DNA of 64,000 nt from Nageia nagi (GCA_050084985.1 JBITNC010000001.1:124558001-124622000), one strand, 5' to 3'. Positions 11,807-24,596 are shown, numbered from the stretch's first letter. Program-made: numbers and translations. The notes: generated by a model from the sequence alone, not told the origin.

Positions 11807-14800
11807 ATGATGGAAAGCCACATCACCCTTGAACATACTGTAGAGTTAGTGATTCCCATGGTGAAGATCACTGATCATTTGAGTGAGATTGGAGATATTA
11901 ATTGTAACTCCTTAGATCCAATCAAAATATTGAAAAAGATATAGTTTATGAATCTTGCTTTGCTAGTAAATGACATATTGAGACCATATTTGCTAATAAA
12001 GGCATCTATTATGCCATTTGCCTCACCCTTCCTAGAGTTGTGCTACAAACTAGGAAAGCATCATGACACTAGAAGATGAAGACTCCTAGATAAAAATGAT
12101 GTAGTAATCATGGATTTCTCAGATAAATGAATAGAGGTGACCTTCGCTTAGACAAGTGAAGGTGTATCATATAGTGTGCAAGACTCCTTCAGATACTATA
12201 AGAGTTTAAAGCCTTCATTTGATTCAGTCAGAGATTGGTTGGCTGATGACTATAAGCATTTCACTAGGAAAGCCTTGGTGATACCTAAGAGAATAAAATT
12301 TTATCTTAGTGTTTCAAAGATCATATCAATGCTTTTCAAAGTGATCGAACAAAAAGATGACACCAAATTTCAACCAAAGTTTGCAAGGTTTAAAGATATA
12401 ACCAGTAGCAATAGAGGCATAAGGTGGAGTAGAGTGATCAATGATTATTTTGCCCAATAGTTGAAAAACATGTAGGATGATAGAATATTATACATGAACT
12501 CCTACTTGTTGTTCCTACTCCTTCATAGTAGTGAGAGGGTGGCTTCCATTATTAACATTGAATTCTTATTTGATCCCACACACCTAATATGGGAGAATTT
12601 CCCATGATTCTATTGTCAAAATAGATGGAATGATGGTAATTAGATGATGATGAATGCAGTTTTTGAAGGAAAAATATATGAAGATATCATGGGTAAAAGC
12701 AACTTACATAGAATATCAAATGAAGTTGTTGCTATTATTAAGGGACATGCAAACTTCTACATGGAAGACATAGAATTTTCATATATCAAAGTGTATGGTT
12801 CCAAAGAAGCTCCCTATAAGCTACCTTGCTATGCAAGTGATCGACTCATTCTCATGGAATTTTACAGACACTTTCTAAGCCTATATGATAAGGTATGGGT
12901 AAAGAAATCTTCACCAACTTACCAATTACCAATTATCATTGAAAATTATGAGTGCACTACTTGGCATCAAATCAACTTAATTGAGTAACAGTTGGCACTT
13001 TATCAATTCTAAACTGACATAGCTACTAATCATTATGATATTGATGGAGTGATTGATACCTTTTGCAAGAAAATATGGGGCTCACCATAAAGAATTGAAA
13101 AAAGGAGAGAAACAATGAGAAGCTAAAGAAGTTGCTAGGCTGAAAGCTGATGTATAGGTCATAGTACCCCCAAGCTATGGGTATGTCATTTCTATAATAT
13201 CACCTTTAGTGACCTTGGCTCAAGGATAAAATGGGAAGTATGATACCAATAGCATCCTTAAGAAAACCATTGAAGCTACTATCATAGGTATGAAGAATGG
13301 AATCATGGACCTTAGAAAAGTTTACTTGATCTCCCAACCATTCAAACACTTGTAGAAAAAGATAGATCTCCCAAAAGGTTTGACTTGGAGTGGTGCTTTC
13401 CTGAATCCAAATCCCAATACAACATCATCTAGTTCTAATTTTAACAAATATGGACAAAGTAGCTTGAAAATGTTTGATAAAGAGATGGATCTTAATGTAA
13501 TCATCAACATTGACATGGAAGTGAATCAAGATATTTTCTTTAATAGAGTCGAAGTTGTTAACCCAATAAAGATTCTTGAGGAAGATAATCTCATAATTGA
13601 TATGATTGTACAATAAATAGTAGGAGAAGTAACTTCAAAATTCTCTCCTCAAAAGAAGGCATATAAAATGCCACCACCTCAGAAGACTACATTGATAATA
13701 AATCAAAAGGGTACATCAAGATCTAGGACAATTGCATTATCTTTGAGTGGAGATGATTGAAAGTAGGAAGAAGATAGAGAAAATGAAGACCTACAGAGGA
13801 ATAAAAGACAAGTAGAGCATGATACTAACATCATTGAAGATGGAGAGATGGTATCTTATGGAAATCCACCTAAGGAACCACTCTTTGATATGGCTATAGT
13901 TTTGGCAAACTTGAGTTCAAATCATCCTTGTGAAGGAGATGATTCCAAATATGAAAATGAGAAACTTTGATAGATTGGTACTCTTACCACCACTATAGGT
14001 AAAGTTACCTACAAGAATAAGCTCTACTTGAGAAAAAATAACATTATTATCGAAAAATTAGCTCTCATAGTTGAAACAGAAAATGCCCCTATAAAGATTG
14101 TTGGTCCATTGAGAATGGAGCATAACATCATCACAAATGTATGGGCATTGAAAGAATATGGTACCTTATTAAACTTAGATATCTAGTAACTAAAGATCTT
14201 GGCTAGCTAAGAAATGATTGCTAGTGATGTTAAGGTTGCTAACTTGATAGTTCAAGACATTAAGAAGTAGGTTGACTTGAACATTGGACTTACATCCATA
14301 AAACAAGAATGGAACAAGGATCTCATTAATGTTATCAAAGCACTCCACTCAATCATGATAAATGTTTATATTGAGGAGGAGAGTTCACATTCTGAAAAGA
14401 CTAGACAACTTAATCATTTGATGGAGGAAGGGATATCCCATGTTGTTTGACCTATGGAGAAGGACTTCCCATCATCCAATCATGCTATATTTCTCTTACA
14501 ATTGGTTCCATATTTATGATTACTTATTCTATGTCAAAATCAAATCCATCAATTTCATTAACACAAAGCCTCAACTCAAGGCAATTATCAACAAGCAAGC
14601 ACATGAATATGAATTTCAGATACCTTTGTTTGAAGAAGTTGGCAATATTAAGGAGTATATGATGGTAATGGCAACAATCCGTACCACTATTATAGAATAA
14701 TTATGTCCATAAGATCCATATAGCCTAAAGATAGGAAAGAGATGAAAGGAGTAGTTAGACTTATCACATGGTGTAAGGAAATGGTTAAAATAAATAAAGC

Positions 14801-14940
14801 CATCTTGGAGTACCATCCACCAAATGAAGGAATAGTCTAGATAATCCACTAGGCAATCTGAAATATTGATACCTTCATGGAAGAAGATTTTGAAGCAAAA
14901 ATGATAACACATGTGTAAGCAATCTTTTGACCATCGTTAA
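11807..14940 (+). pseudogene. Decayed ~1000-codon extra ORF of unknown function upstream of Tat gag
   Basis: Chain of same-strand ORF fragments (12176, 12644, 13380, 14440) with protein-like composition (YMNSYLLFLL; FSYIKVYGSKEAPYKLPCYASDRLILMEF) and an acidic/coiled-coil-like C-terminal half. Confidence 0.6.
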
Positions 14941-16425
14941 AATAGATAAGATCTATTTTAGCAATTTTTATATTTTAGCCAAATTTTGTCTTATTTTATG
15001 GATTTCCACTAAGTCGAAATGTAATCTCAATTAGCATTCAAAACATACTTTTAGGGTTTTGAAAAAGTCTAGAAGTTAGAGACATGGGGTCTCATTACTA
15101 TAAGAACTTCATTGTTTAACAAAGAACTTTTTGGAAGTGGAGAGCACATTTGTAAACCTATGCATAATCCCTTTTTAAAAGTAATAAAAAGTAGTCATAC
15201 TAAAGACTTGAGTTTGAAACATTTCATATTGGTGTTGTGAATTGGATCTTTAAGAGCTTTCATAGTTGGTTTATGCTCTTTTGCTTCATTCCTTTGAAAA
15301 ATTACGAGTTTTAGAGAATATTTATGTGCTAATTAAGGGTTGTAACTTTTATATTTTTCTTTGATCCACCAAGCTAGGTCCTAAACACAAACACAAGTTG
15401 TATACTAGATTGAAGGTCATGCATGATAAGAAAAGGGAGGTAAGTAAATGTCATTAGTCTCTAATTCAAAGTCCAATTTCAGAATTCAATATATTTGGGT
15501 CTAATACTCCACCATTGTAATGAATTTTACCAACGAAAATTACTACACCTTTAGTTATTGGCCTTGATATCATGTAATCGATTATACATTCATCCCTCAA
15601 CCATTTGTGTTACTGAGTACTCAAGTATCTCAAAGTTTGAGATTCAATACTATCACAAGGTGCTCAAGCATCTTAGTATCAAAGAAATGCAATGGTAGCT
15701 ACAAGACCAAATTGGTTGAGAGGAAGTTCGATAGCAATTGCAAGTCAACCAAATGCACTTCCTAAAAACTTGGTAATGTATCTCTAGAAATATGTGCATA
15801 TAAGCCCAATAATTACAAAAGAACATGTTACATAAATACAATTCAATTACAGATACCCATCCAATTGATCCTTTTGTATTGATAGTTTACCTTCATCTTG
15901 AAGGAACCTTAAGAACCGATGAGTTTATTCAATGCTAGATTTTAGAAGGCATACAACAAAATGATGGACCCATGAAAAGTATCCAAAGAGTATACTCTAG
16001 ATGCATATTTTGGAGTGTTGGATGCTATGATATTAGCCTTTATTTTAATAGGGACCATAGTCACCAACTTACAAATGAATTATGCAAAAGCCCTCAAGGT
16101 TGAGAAATAATTCAATTCATAGAATGAGCCAAATTTAAATACTAGAATGCAACAACCATTTCAAAATTCCAATGCATACGCATCCAGTTTCAATTCTCAA
16201 AGTATTCCAAATTTTCCTATGTCTACCAATTCCATCCATCCTAATCCTTCGCAATAATAGCACTACCTAAATTCTATGGCTACCTATTTCAAACCTGCCA
16301 TCGGTTTGATCATGCCTTAGGAAAATTCATTTTTAAATAATCAACCATAGATGAACTCTTTAACCCTTTTGTGAATACAATGCTTCCATTATCCAATACT
16401 ACATTTTTAACATCTATTATACCTA

Positions 16426-16914
16426 TGAAGGATTTGAACTAGATCTAAACAAATCCTTTAGGACCTTAGACTAGGAAACTCAAGTGTACACAAGATAACA
16501 CAATCACTCAAGATAACACATCAATATAATGTGGTTCCTCCCTCCTTGGGAGTACATCCACAACTAGTTCTCTTATTCTCAAATCTATGTCTCTCTTACA
16601 ACTATTCTCTAGCTCTCTCCTACACAACCAAGTAGAGTAATCTTACTCAAAACTTAGATATTTTTACATGAGGAGAGGCCCTCTATTTATAGGTTGAGAG
16701 CACCTCCCTAACCTTCCTTTAACCCAAGGGTAAGGTTAGGGTTACATTAAATGTATCACCAAACTTCAACCTACCAACTAACTCCTTTGGTAAAGTCAAA
16801 GTCTACATATTAAAGAATTCTATTAATCTCTTAAGGTATCTACATGCCCTTAAGTGATTAATTGAATTTACAAGGAGTTTAGATATTCACAATATTTCAT
16901 TACAAATTCTAACA
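16426..16914 (-). repeat. 3' LTR (489 bp)
   Basis: TG...CA ends, adjacent to the PPT (CTCCCCCTTAA at 16915-16925 on + strand). Confidence 0.95.
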
Positions 16915-17399
16915 CTCCCCCTTAATGCAATATTGGGATAGAGCGTAGAAGAGAGAAGAGAGAGAGTAAGAGAGAGTTCTCCTCCATAGAGATACAAGTG
17001 GAGATGAGAACTTTTACATATTTTGAGAATCTTTTTGAGAACTAGTATGAGACTCACTACATTACCATTTGACAAAAAATGGTTTACAATACAATCATTA
17101 ACCATAACTGGTTTCACTGTACATAGTAGTCGATCAACTTTAAGCTGACATGTGAGTCTCCATGAGCTTGCTTTCACAAGGTGAGTAACCTGCATTTCTA
17201 AAGAAGATCCTGCATGCTACAAGCAACTCATGAACAAAATCAGTTAGATGCATCATATATTCAAATAAGAGAATTAAATAATGCCATCTTAAATAACTGA
17301 TCAATGGTGCACTATAAGCCATCACGGAGATGCCAAGCCATCACTCATAGTCACCTGTTGTATATAGACATGTGTTGATTTTAAAATAGAGCATAAAAA

Positions 17400-17692
17400 T
17401 TATACAACGAGTTTCTCACGTAGAGCAAACTCACCACGGAGGTATAGAATGTACAACAAGTTCATCACGCAGAGCGAACTTACCACAGAGGTATATTAAC
17501 TATATGCTCAAAATTTGTACAATAAGTTTCTCACGCAGAGCAAACTCACCACGGAGGTATAAAATGTACAACAAGTTTGTCACGCAGAGCAAACTTACCA
17601 CTGAGGTATAAAATAATCAACACTCTATAACAATAATTGTAAAACAAGTTTGTCACGCAGAGCAAACTTACCACGGAGGTCTAGAATGTACA
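17400..17692 (-). repeat. Array of five ~49-nt hairpin repeats in Copia 3' UTR
   Basis: Unit ACAAGTTTGTCACGCAGAGCAAACTTACCACGGAGGTATA (+ strand) occurs five times with variable linkers. Confidence 0.92.
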
Positions 17693-17738
17693 ATCAAAAA
17701 AGGCCTCTTAGAGGTGAAGTTGTCATCACTAACAAAAG

Positions 17739-20700
17739 TTAAACTTCACTCCCCCTTGAGGGCAACTTCACCAACCCAAGAGAATCCCTAAGCTTGCAGA
17801 ACTGAGCTTCAGGAAGGGGCTTGGTGAACAAATCAGTGGAGTTGTCAGTAGATGGACAATACTGCAAGTGTATGATATCATCTAGAACCTTCTCCCTGAT
17901 AAAATGGGCTTGGATTTCTACATGTTTGGTTCGCTGATGGAACACAGGATTCTTAGCCAAAGAGATAGCCGATTGATTATCTGACGAAATAAGAGAGGGG
18001 CCATTTTGCTTATACCCAATTTCGTTCAGAAGATGTCGTAGCCAAATAGCTTCTTGGGCGGCAACAGACATGGCTCGATATTCGGCTTCGGTGGTAGAAA
18101 GAGTCATAGTAGGTTGCTTCTTGGAAGCCCAAGAGATAGCACTTGAACCAATGCTAAACACATATGCAGAGGTTGATTTTCTATCATCTCTATCTCCCCA
18201 TAATCAGAATCTGAGAACCCTGAGAGAACAATTGAGGGCACTTTGGAATACTTAAGAGCAAGATCCTTTGTCCCTGTGACATACCTCAAGATTTGCTTAA
18301 CAGCATTGAGGTGTTCAACATATGGGTTTTGCATGAATCGTGCCATCAGATTCACTACAAAGGCAATATTAGGATGAGAGATAGTCAGATATAGAAGACT
18401 ACCAATCAATTGTCTATAAGCTGTAGCATCAGCCAACTGAGAATCTGAGCTCAATGATACAACGATTCTAGGAGAAACAGGTATTGCAGCATATTTGCAC
18501 TCCTCCATTCCAAACTTTTGCAAGATGTCTGATATATACTTAGATTGACTAAGATAAGTACAATCTTTATGTTGGTATACTTGCATCCCAAGATAGTAAT
18601 GCAATAGACCTAGATCAGTGATTTCAAATGTTGCCTTGAGTTTGGAGATGCACTCTTGGATGATTTCAATATTATTGCTTGTTATGAGAAGATCATCCAC
18701 ATAAAGGAGAATTATGACCATGTCTTTTCCTTGATTGAGTACATATAGATCTGAATCTGAGAAGCACTTGGAAAAACCAATATCTGCAAAGAATCCTGAA
18801 ATTTTCTTGTACCATGCTCTAGGTGCTTGCTTAAGTCCATACAAAGACTTCTTTAGTTTGCACACAAGAGACTCTTTTCCTTCTGGAATAAATCCTTCTG
18901 GTTGATTCATGTAGATTTCAACATCTAAGTCACCATTGAGAAATGCACTCTTGACATCAAGTTGAAAAGCTTTCCATCCTTGAGCTGCAGAAAGAGCAAG
19001 AATTATTCTGACAGTAGGCATCTTGGCTACAGGAGCAAAGGTTTCCTCATAATCAATACCATACTTTTGAGCGAATCCTTTGGCCACTAATCTTGCCTTG
19101 TATTTTTCAATTTTTCCATCAGAATTGTATTTGACCTTGTATATCCATTTATTGCCAATCACATTTTTCTCATTGGGATAAGGAACCAAATCCCAAGTTT
19201 CATTTTTCATGAGCGCCTCATACTCAACTTTCATAGCTTCCATCCAACACTCTTGCTTGGAAGCTTCTTTGAAGGTTGATGGCTCATGCATATTATCAAT
19301 TTTGGCAAATAAGGATTTATTCAAGGTCATACTTCTTATAATTCTCTGTGCTGGAGAATTTTGCTCTTGTGGTGACTTCTCTACATGATCATCCAACCAG
19401 TTAGGTGCAGGTGAAGAATCATTTGTATCAAACACTTCAGCATGAGAGGTCGTATCCTCAGAAAGTTCATTGAACTTAACATCCCTAGACACAAAGACTA
19501 TTTTATGGGATGAAGAGTAGAGCCTGTAACCTCTATGCTGATTATCATACCCCACAAAGATGCATTTTTCTGATCGTTTATCTAGCTTCTTTCTTTTCTC
19601 TGAGGTAATGAAGGCAAATGCATCACAACCGAAGACCCTGAAGTGTGAGAGGTTAGGTTTCTTTCCTGTCCATGCTTCATATGGAGTTTTACCTTCAACT
19701 ACCTTAGTAGGACACCTATTTAGGGTGTGAATAGCAGTGTGAAAGCTTCACCCCATAAGAAACTAGGAAGGTTACCCAACATGCATCTTGCCATTTCCAT
19801 AATGGTGCGATTCTTCCTTTCAGCAACTCCATTTTGCTGAGGGGTGTAAGGGATTGTGAATTGTCGCTTAATCCTGTGTTTAACACAAAAGTCATTAAAC
19901 TCATTGCTATTATATTCACCCCCATTGTCAGATCTCAGCATTTTGATCTTAAAATTAGTTTGATTTTCAATAAGTGCCTTGAAGTCTTGAAACCTGTCAA
20001 AAGTTTGATCCTTGTGCTCAAGTAGATAACCAAATGTCATCCTACTGAAGTTATCAATAAAGGTCAGAACATAAGAAGCTCCACCTAGTGACTTAGTCTG
20101 AAAAGGACCCATCAAATCTAAATGCACAAGCTGAAGAGGACAAGTAGCCCGAGTTGCCTTATCTTTTTCAAACTTTTGCCTATGCATCTTTCCTAGAATG
20201 CACCTTTCACAAAGACCAACTGTGGGTGAAATATTAGGTAAACCTTCCACAAGTTCTTGAGTTTTCATAGCTTGAATACTCTTGTGGTTAAGGTGTCCTA
20301 ATCATTGATGCCAAAGATTACCTTTTGAACAAACATTTGTAGCAAGACAAATCTTTGAAGGTACTTGATCCACAATATAAAGGTCATTCTTTACTGATCC
20401 TTGCATCAAAGTGGCAAGTCCTTTCTTAACACACCAAGAGTGTGAGGTAAACTCAAATGAGCATCCTTTCCTTGTAATCTGAATCACGGAGATGAGATTC
20501 ATCCTTAGTTTAGGCACATAAAAGACATTATCAAGAGTCTTTCCATGAATCTTCACACTTCCTATTCCGTGAACATCAAGGACTGTATTATCACCTATCA
20601 CAACTGCATCCTTTTTGTACTTATGAAAGTTTTCAAACTTATCTTTTTCATAACACATGTGATTAGTGCATCCTGAATCAATAATCCAATATTTTGAAAT

Positions 20701-21663
20701 AGTTTGAGTCATTGAGTAGTAGGCAACATTAGCAGTATGCTTGTTCTTCTTTTTATTATTGAAAGTTCTCACATTTGCATTTCCCTTTCCTTTTTGAGCA
20801 AATTTCTTTTTGCGACAATCATACTCTTTGTGCCCAAAGATGCCACAGAAGTTACAATTCCCATCAAACTTTTCTTGAGGTGTTGGATTGCTTGATCCTG
20901 CTTTATCATTTCTGTGCCTGTAGTTGCCATGATTGTTGTTGTTGTTGCCCTTTTTGTCATACTTCCTGAAGGTAGATGAGGACTTGTTGTCTTTGAATTT
21001 GTAATGTTTGAACTTTTTCTTGAAAGGAGTTTTGATTACTCCTAGAGCAATGCTATGGTCCTTTGGAGAAAGGTTCAACATTTTCTTGTTCAAAGTTTTC
21101 TCATGCTTTAGAAGAAGTCTTGAAAGGTTATCAAGTGAGATGACATCTTCTTCATCATCGAGCCTTGTTTCCATAACTGTGACAAAGTTGCTGAACTTTG
21201 TAGTAAGGCTTTGAAGAATGATGAAGACCATGAACTCATCATTGATCCAGTTACACCCACAACCAACCAGTTGTGTCCTGAGGTCAATGATTTTGTTTAA
21301 GTAGATGGAGGCACTTTCATCTTCACTTTGTCAATACTACAACAACTTTTGTAGAATGGTAAACCTCCTTGAAAATTTGGACCCAAGGTAAATTTTCTTT
21401 AACCTATCCCAAGCTTCCTTTGCTGAAGTTAATGAAGAAATCATGAGAAGGACATCATCTGAAACTGCACGGTAAATCATAGAAGTTGCTAACTCATTCT
21501 TTGAGTTGTATACTTCAAGAGCCTTCTCATCGGTAGGAGCAACCACATCTTCACTAACTGTCTGCCATAGCTTTCTTGCTTGTAACTCAGCTTTCATACG
21601 AGGTTCCCATATTCCAAAGTTGGAACCATCGAGTATGTGCTTAGGAACGAAGGTTTCAACCAT
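17739..21663 (-). pseudogene. Copia gag-pol polyprotein with 3 in-frame stops and 2 frameshifts
   Basis: LDGSNFGIWEPRM gag start, CNFCGIFGHKEYDC knuckle, WIIDSGCTNHM protease, LRSDNGGEY and TPQQNGVAERKNR integrase, KARLVAKGF and LYVDD RT, STTEAEY and RTKHVEI RNase H. Stops at 21337, 21331, 20302; frameshifts at ~19743 and ~18197. Confidence 0.95.
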
Positions 21664-22450
21664 TGCTACAAAAAAAACAAATGAATATGCAATAAGAATG
21701 TAAACTTTTACAATTTTTCATCTATACATATAAAACATCTAATAAGCAAACATGTCCCACATGTGTAAACTCATTAACCACGATCCATAGAAGGATAAAG
21801 TTGGGGTTGTTTTCTTGTATAGAATTAGGCCTTCACCTGGATGCCTGCAAGGTGGAGCCCAGGTACTACCAGTCCTCAACCAGTTCACCTTGGTCAGTGA
21901 TATACTCTCACAAGGAGAAGTACCTACTATTTTCCAAGGATCCGACGTATCTTGGACCGGCCATTTTAATTATCTTGATTAAGGGTTTCAGTTTTCCTCC
22001 TAGGTTATCAGGATAATCCCTGAATGGACGTGCGGACATGTGGTATCACTACACACATGCCTGTCCACCTAATAGAGTTATGTCCAATCCAACAGAGGTC
22101 TTAGGGGCAATTAAGACGGACTTACCACCACTTGGTTCTTCGGACTAAAAGGGCTCCAGTCTGCCCTGTCCTCACCTCATGGCTCCCCAAACAAGTCATG
22201 TTGTGGAAAATACGTGCGGATGTATTCATTTTAGGGGTTACTTTCCAAATTTTTGCGTATTGCAAGTATAAGCAAATGTGCAAAAAATATAAAGTAAAGT
22301 GAAAATACTCCATCCACACAAACTTGAAACCTTAAGAGGCCAAAAATTGAGTCCAATGGGTTTTGTTCTAACCCCTAAAGGACTTTTACATTGTTCATAT
22401 TTTTCTCAATTTATTCAAGCACTTAATGAATTAAACAAAGAACTAAGTCC

Positions 22451-22632
22451 TACTTAGTATTTAATTCATAACATGCATTGTATCATGACTTAAAAATTTA
22501 AGTAAGCATGCATCATGCATTAAAAATTTAAGTCCTAAGCATACTTAGTATTTAATTCATAACATGCATTGTATCATGACTTAAAAATTTAAGTAAACAT
22601 GCATCATGCATTAAAAATTTAAGTCCTAAGCA
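22451..22632. repeat. 91-bp tandem duplication in Copia 5' leader
   Basis: 22451-22541 is repeated at 22542-22632 with one visible mismatch. Confidence 0.9.
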
Positions 22633-24581
22633 TGTTTTATTCTTCAAATAAGATACATGCATCATATGCAACATCTAGATAAAATTTAAGTAAAAAAAAT
22701 TATACCAAGGCCCCCCCTTGTTACTTAAAGTTTTATCCCTTTTAACTATGCTTAGAGATTGCATATGCACTTAAATTAAACATGCAATGGGGAGTAGAAT
22801 ATTAGAAATAGTCTAAGGACTCCTAAGGGCATTTAATGGGAGCAATTGACTTGGAAGCAAGTAAAAAAATGCCTAAGAGGAATAAGTGTGCAAGTGGCAA
22901 TAGGAGACCCATACCCCAATTTTTAATGTTGCGCCTACTTTAAGCACTAAAAAAAATATTCCTAAGTCAATAAACAATTAAATGCTTTGTGGGTGGAAAA
23001 TATGAACCCCCATGTTTCTTCCACCAAGAAAAGCATACGTTGCTTTTGGAAGAACAAAAATGCAAGGAGTCAACTAAAGTAACTAAATGCATTTAAGTGC
23101 ATTAAAAAGACTAAGAAGACTTGCAAGAAGGTGGCAACCATCAACCTTGACCGTGTGAAGGAGGAGGACCTGCATGAAGGCATTTAGAGGACAGCCTATG
23201 GAGGTGTTGGGGAGTAAGAGGAGTGTATGGCTGAACCACGAGGAGGCTGACAACTGAGAGGAGGAGTGCAAAAGGAGAGGAAGGAGAGTGCAGGAGCATT
23301 GTGCGCATGGTGGAGGAGGCTGCATGGAAGGCCGTACAAAGATTACAAAGTTTGGCTGTACGTGTGATAATGTGCATATGCATACAAAGCTCTCGAGCCT
23401 TTTCAGGAAAGCCATTTTGTGCACATCCTACGATCATTGCATGCCATGAAACTGTATCTGAATCACGCGGTCAAATAGAGCGCATGGAGAGAGCGTAGGT
23501 TGGGAGCTGGTGAGGGAGGAGGGAGGCGGTGCACGCGAGGGAGAAAAGGTGAAATGATCTGGTTGGACTACTACGAGTGGGTGTTGCAGGTGGCGAATCT
23601 GTGTCATTGCCTATCGAGGAAAGCCACGAGAAGATGGCTCGTTCAGTCATACAGTCGAAAACTTGGCGGAGGGGTTTCACGCGAGGCACGTCACGTGGGA
23701 GAGGTGGAGGTGGCCGGGAGGAGAAGCGGTGGCACGTCGCGTGGGTGGGAGCGGAGGAGCGGCTGCGCACGCGCGTGGGAGGATTCCCCCACATTTTAAA
23801 AAATTGAATTTGACCCCCCATTTTGTATAATTTCAACATTGATATATATTTTGATTTTAAATAAATTTAAAAAACACAAATATATATATTTTTGAATATT
23901 TTAAACAGATTTAAAATATATAAATATATATAAATATTTTTGCTTTTAAACAAATTTAAAATAAAATCTATATATGTCTATATTGTTGACTATAGTTTAA
24001 AATAATGCAAGATATATATTATGGTGCCACTAATATATGATTGTGCCCTTTTAAAAAAAAAAATTTGTCCTCCTTTCTAACTTTTTGGAAATGTTGATGC
24101 CTTTTGCTTAGGATCATATCAATAACTCACTAATGATAGTATATATGAGATATTTCATAACAATATATTACTACTAACATAAAAAAAATGTTAGTATAAA
24201 TATTGCAATTTTGCATCATATATGGGCATTTAATCAAATAATTGAACCAACACATACTTTTAAATTCAATATAACATGAACAACAAATTACAAGTGTTGT
24301 ATAGTAACCCTTTAAAAGAACTATAGCAATTTAAAATTGCAAGTAACATAGAGGATTAGTAAAAAAATTGCAACTTGTTTAATCATAACTTAAAAGGAAC
24401 TAACACATAGCAAATAAGGTGTTAGTAGCATTATGTAATAATCAAAATAAATGACCAAATGAGGAGAATCTTTATACCTGCTCTTTAAAATTTACCTCAC
24501 CAAGGGGTGAAAGATGAGGAGTGAAGAAGGATGAACCTCCAAGATGTAGCTTCCACACCAAAAGAAGAGCTTCCACAACAA

Positions 24582-24594
24582 GGCTCTGATACCA
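24582..24594 (-). promoter_or_regulatory. Primer-binding site (tRNA-iMet)
   Basis: TGGTATCAGAGCC on minus strand, 2 nt from the 5' LTR end. Confidence 0.95.
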
Positions 24595-24596
24595 AT

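Noticed and set aside
16887-17325. env-like or extra ORF after Copia pol (SIRE)
   Set aside because: The ORFs are short, have no recognisable domain, overlap a stem-rich region and are frameshifted in the sister copy.
17400-17692. CRISPR-like repeat/spacer array
   Set aside because: Eukaryotic retroelement context, no cas genes, and linkers are irregular (a few to ~27 nt) and conserved between copies.
22041-22050. TGGTATCA as a second PBS
   Set aside because: Only an 8-nt match, antisense to the element and not adjacent to an LTR end.
23083-23839. Several overlapping 65-122 aa ORFs
   Set aside because: By-product of high GC in the Copia leader; low complexity with no domain.
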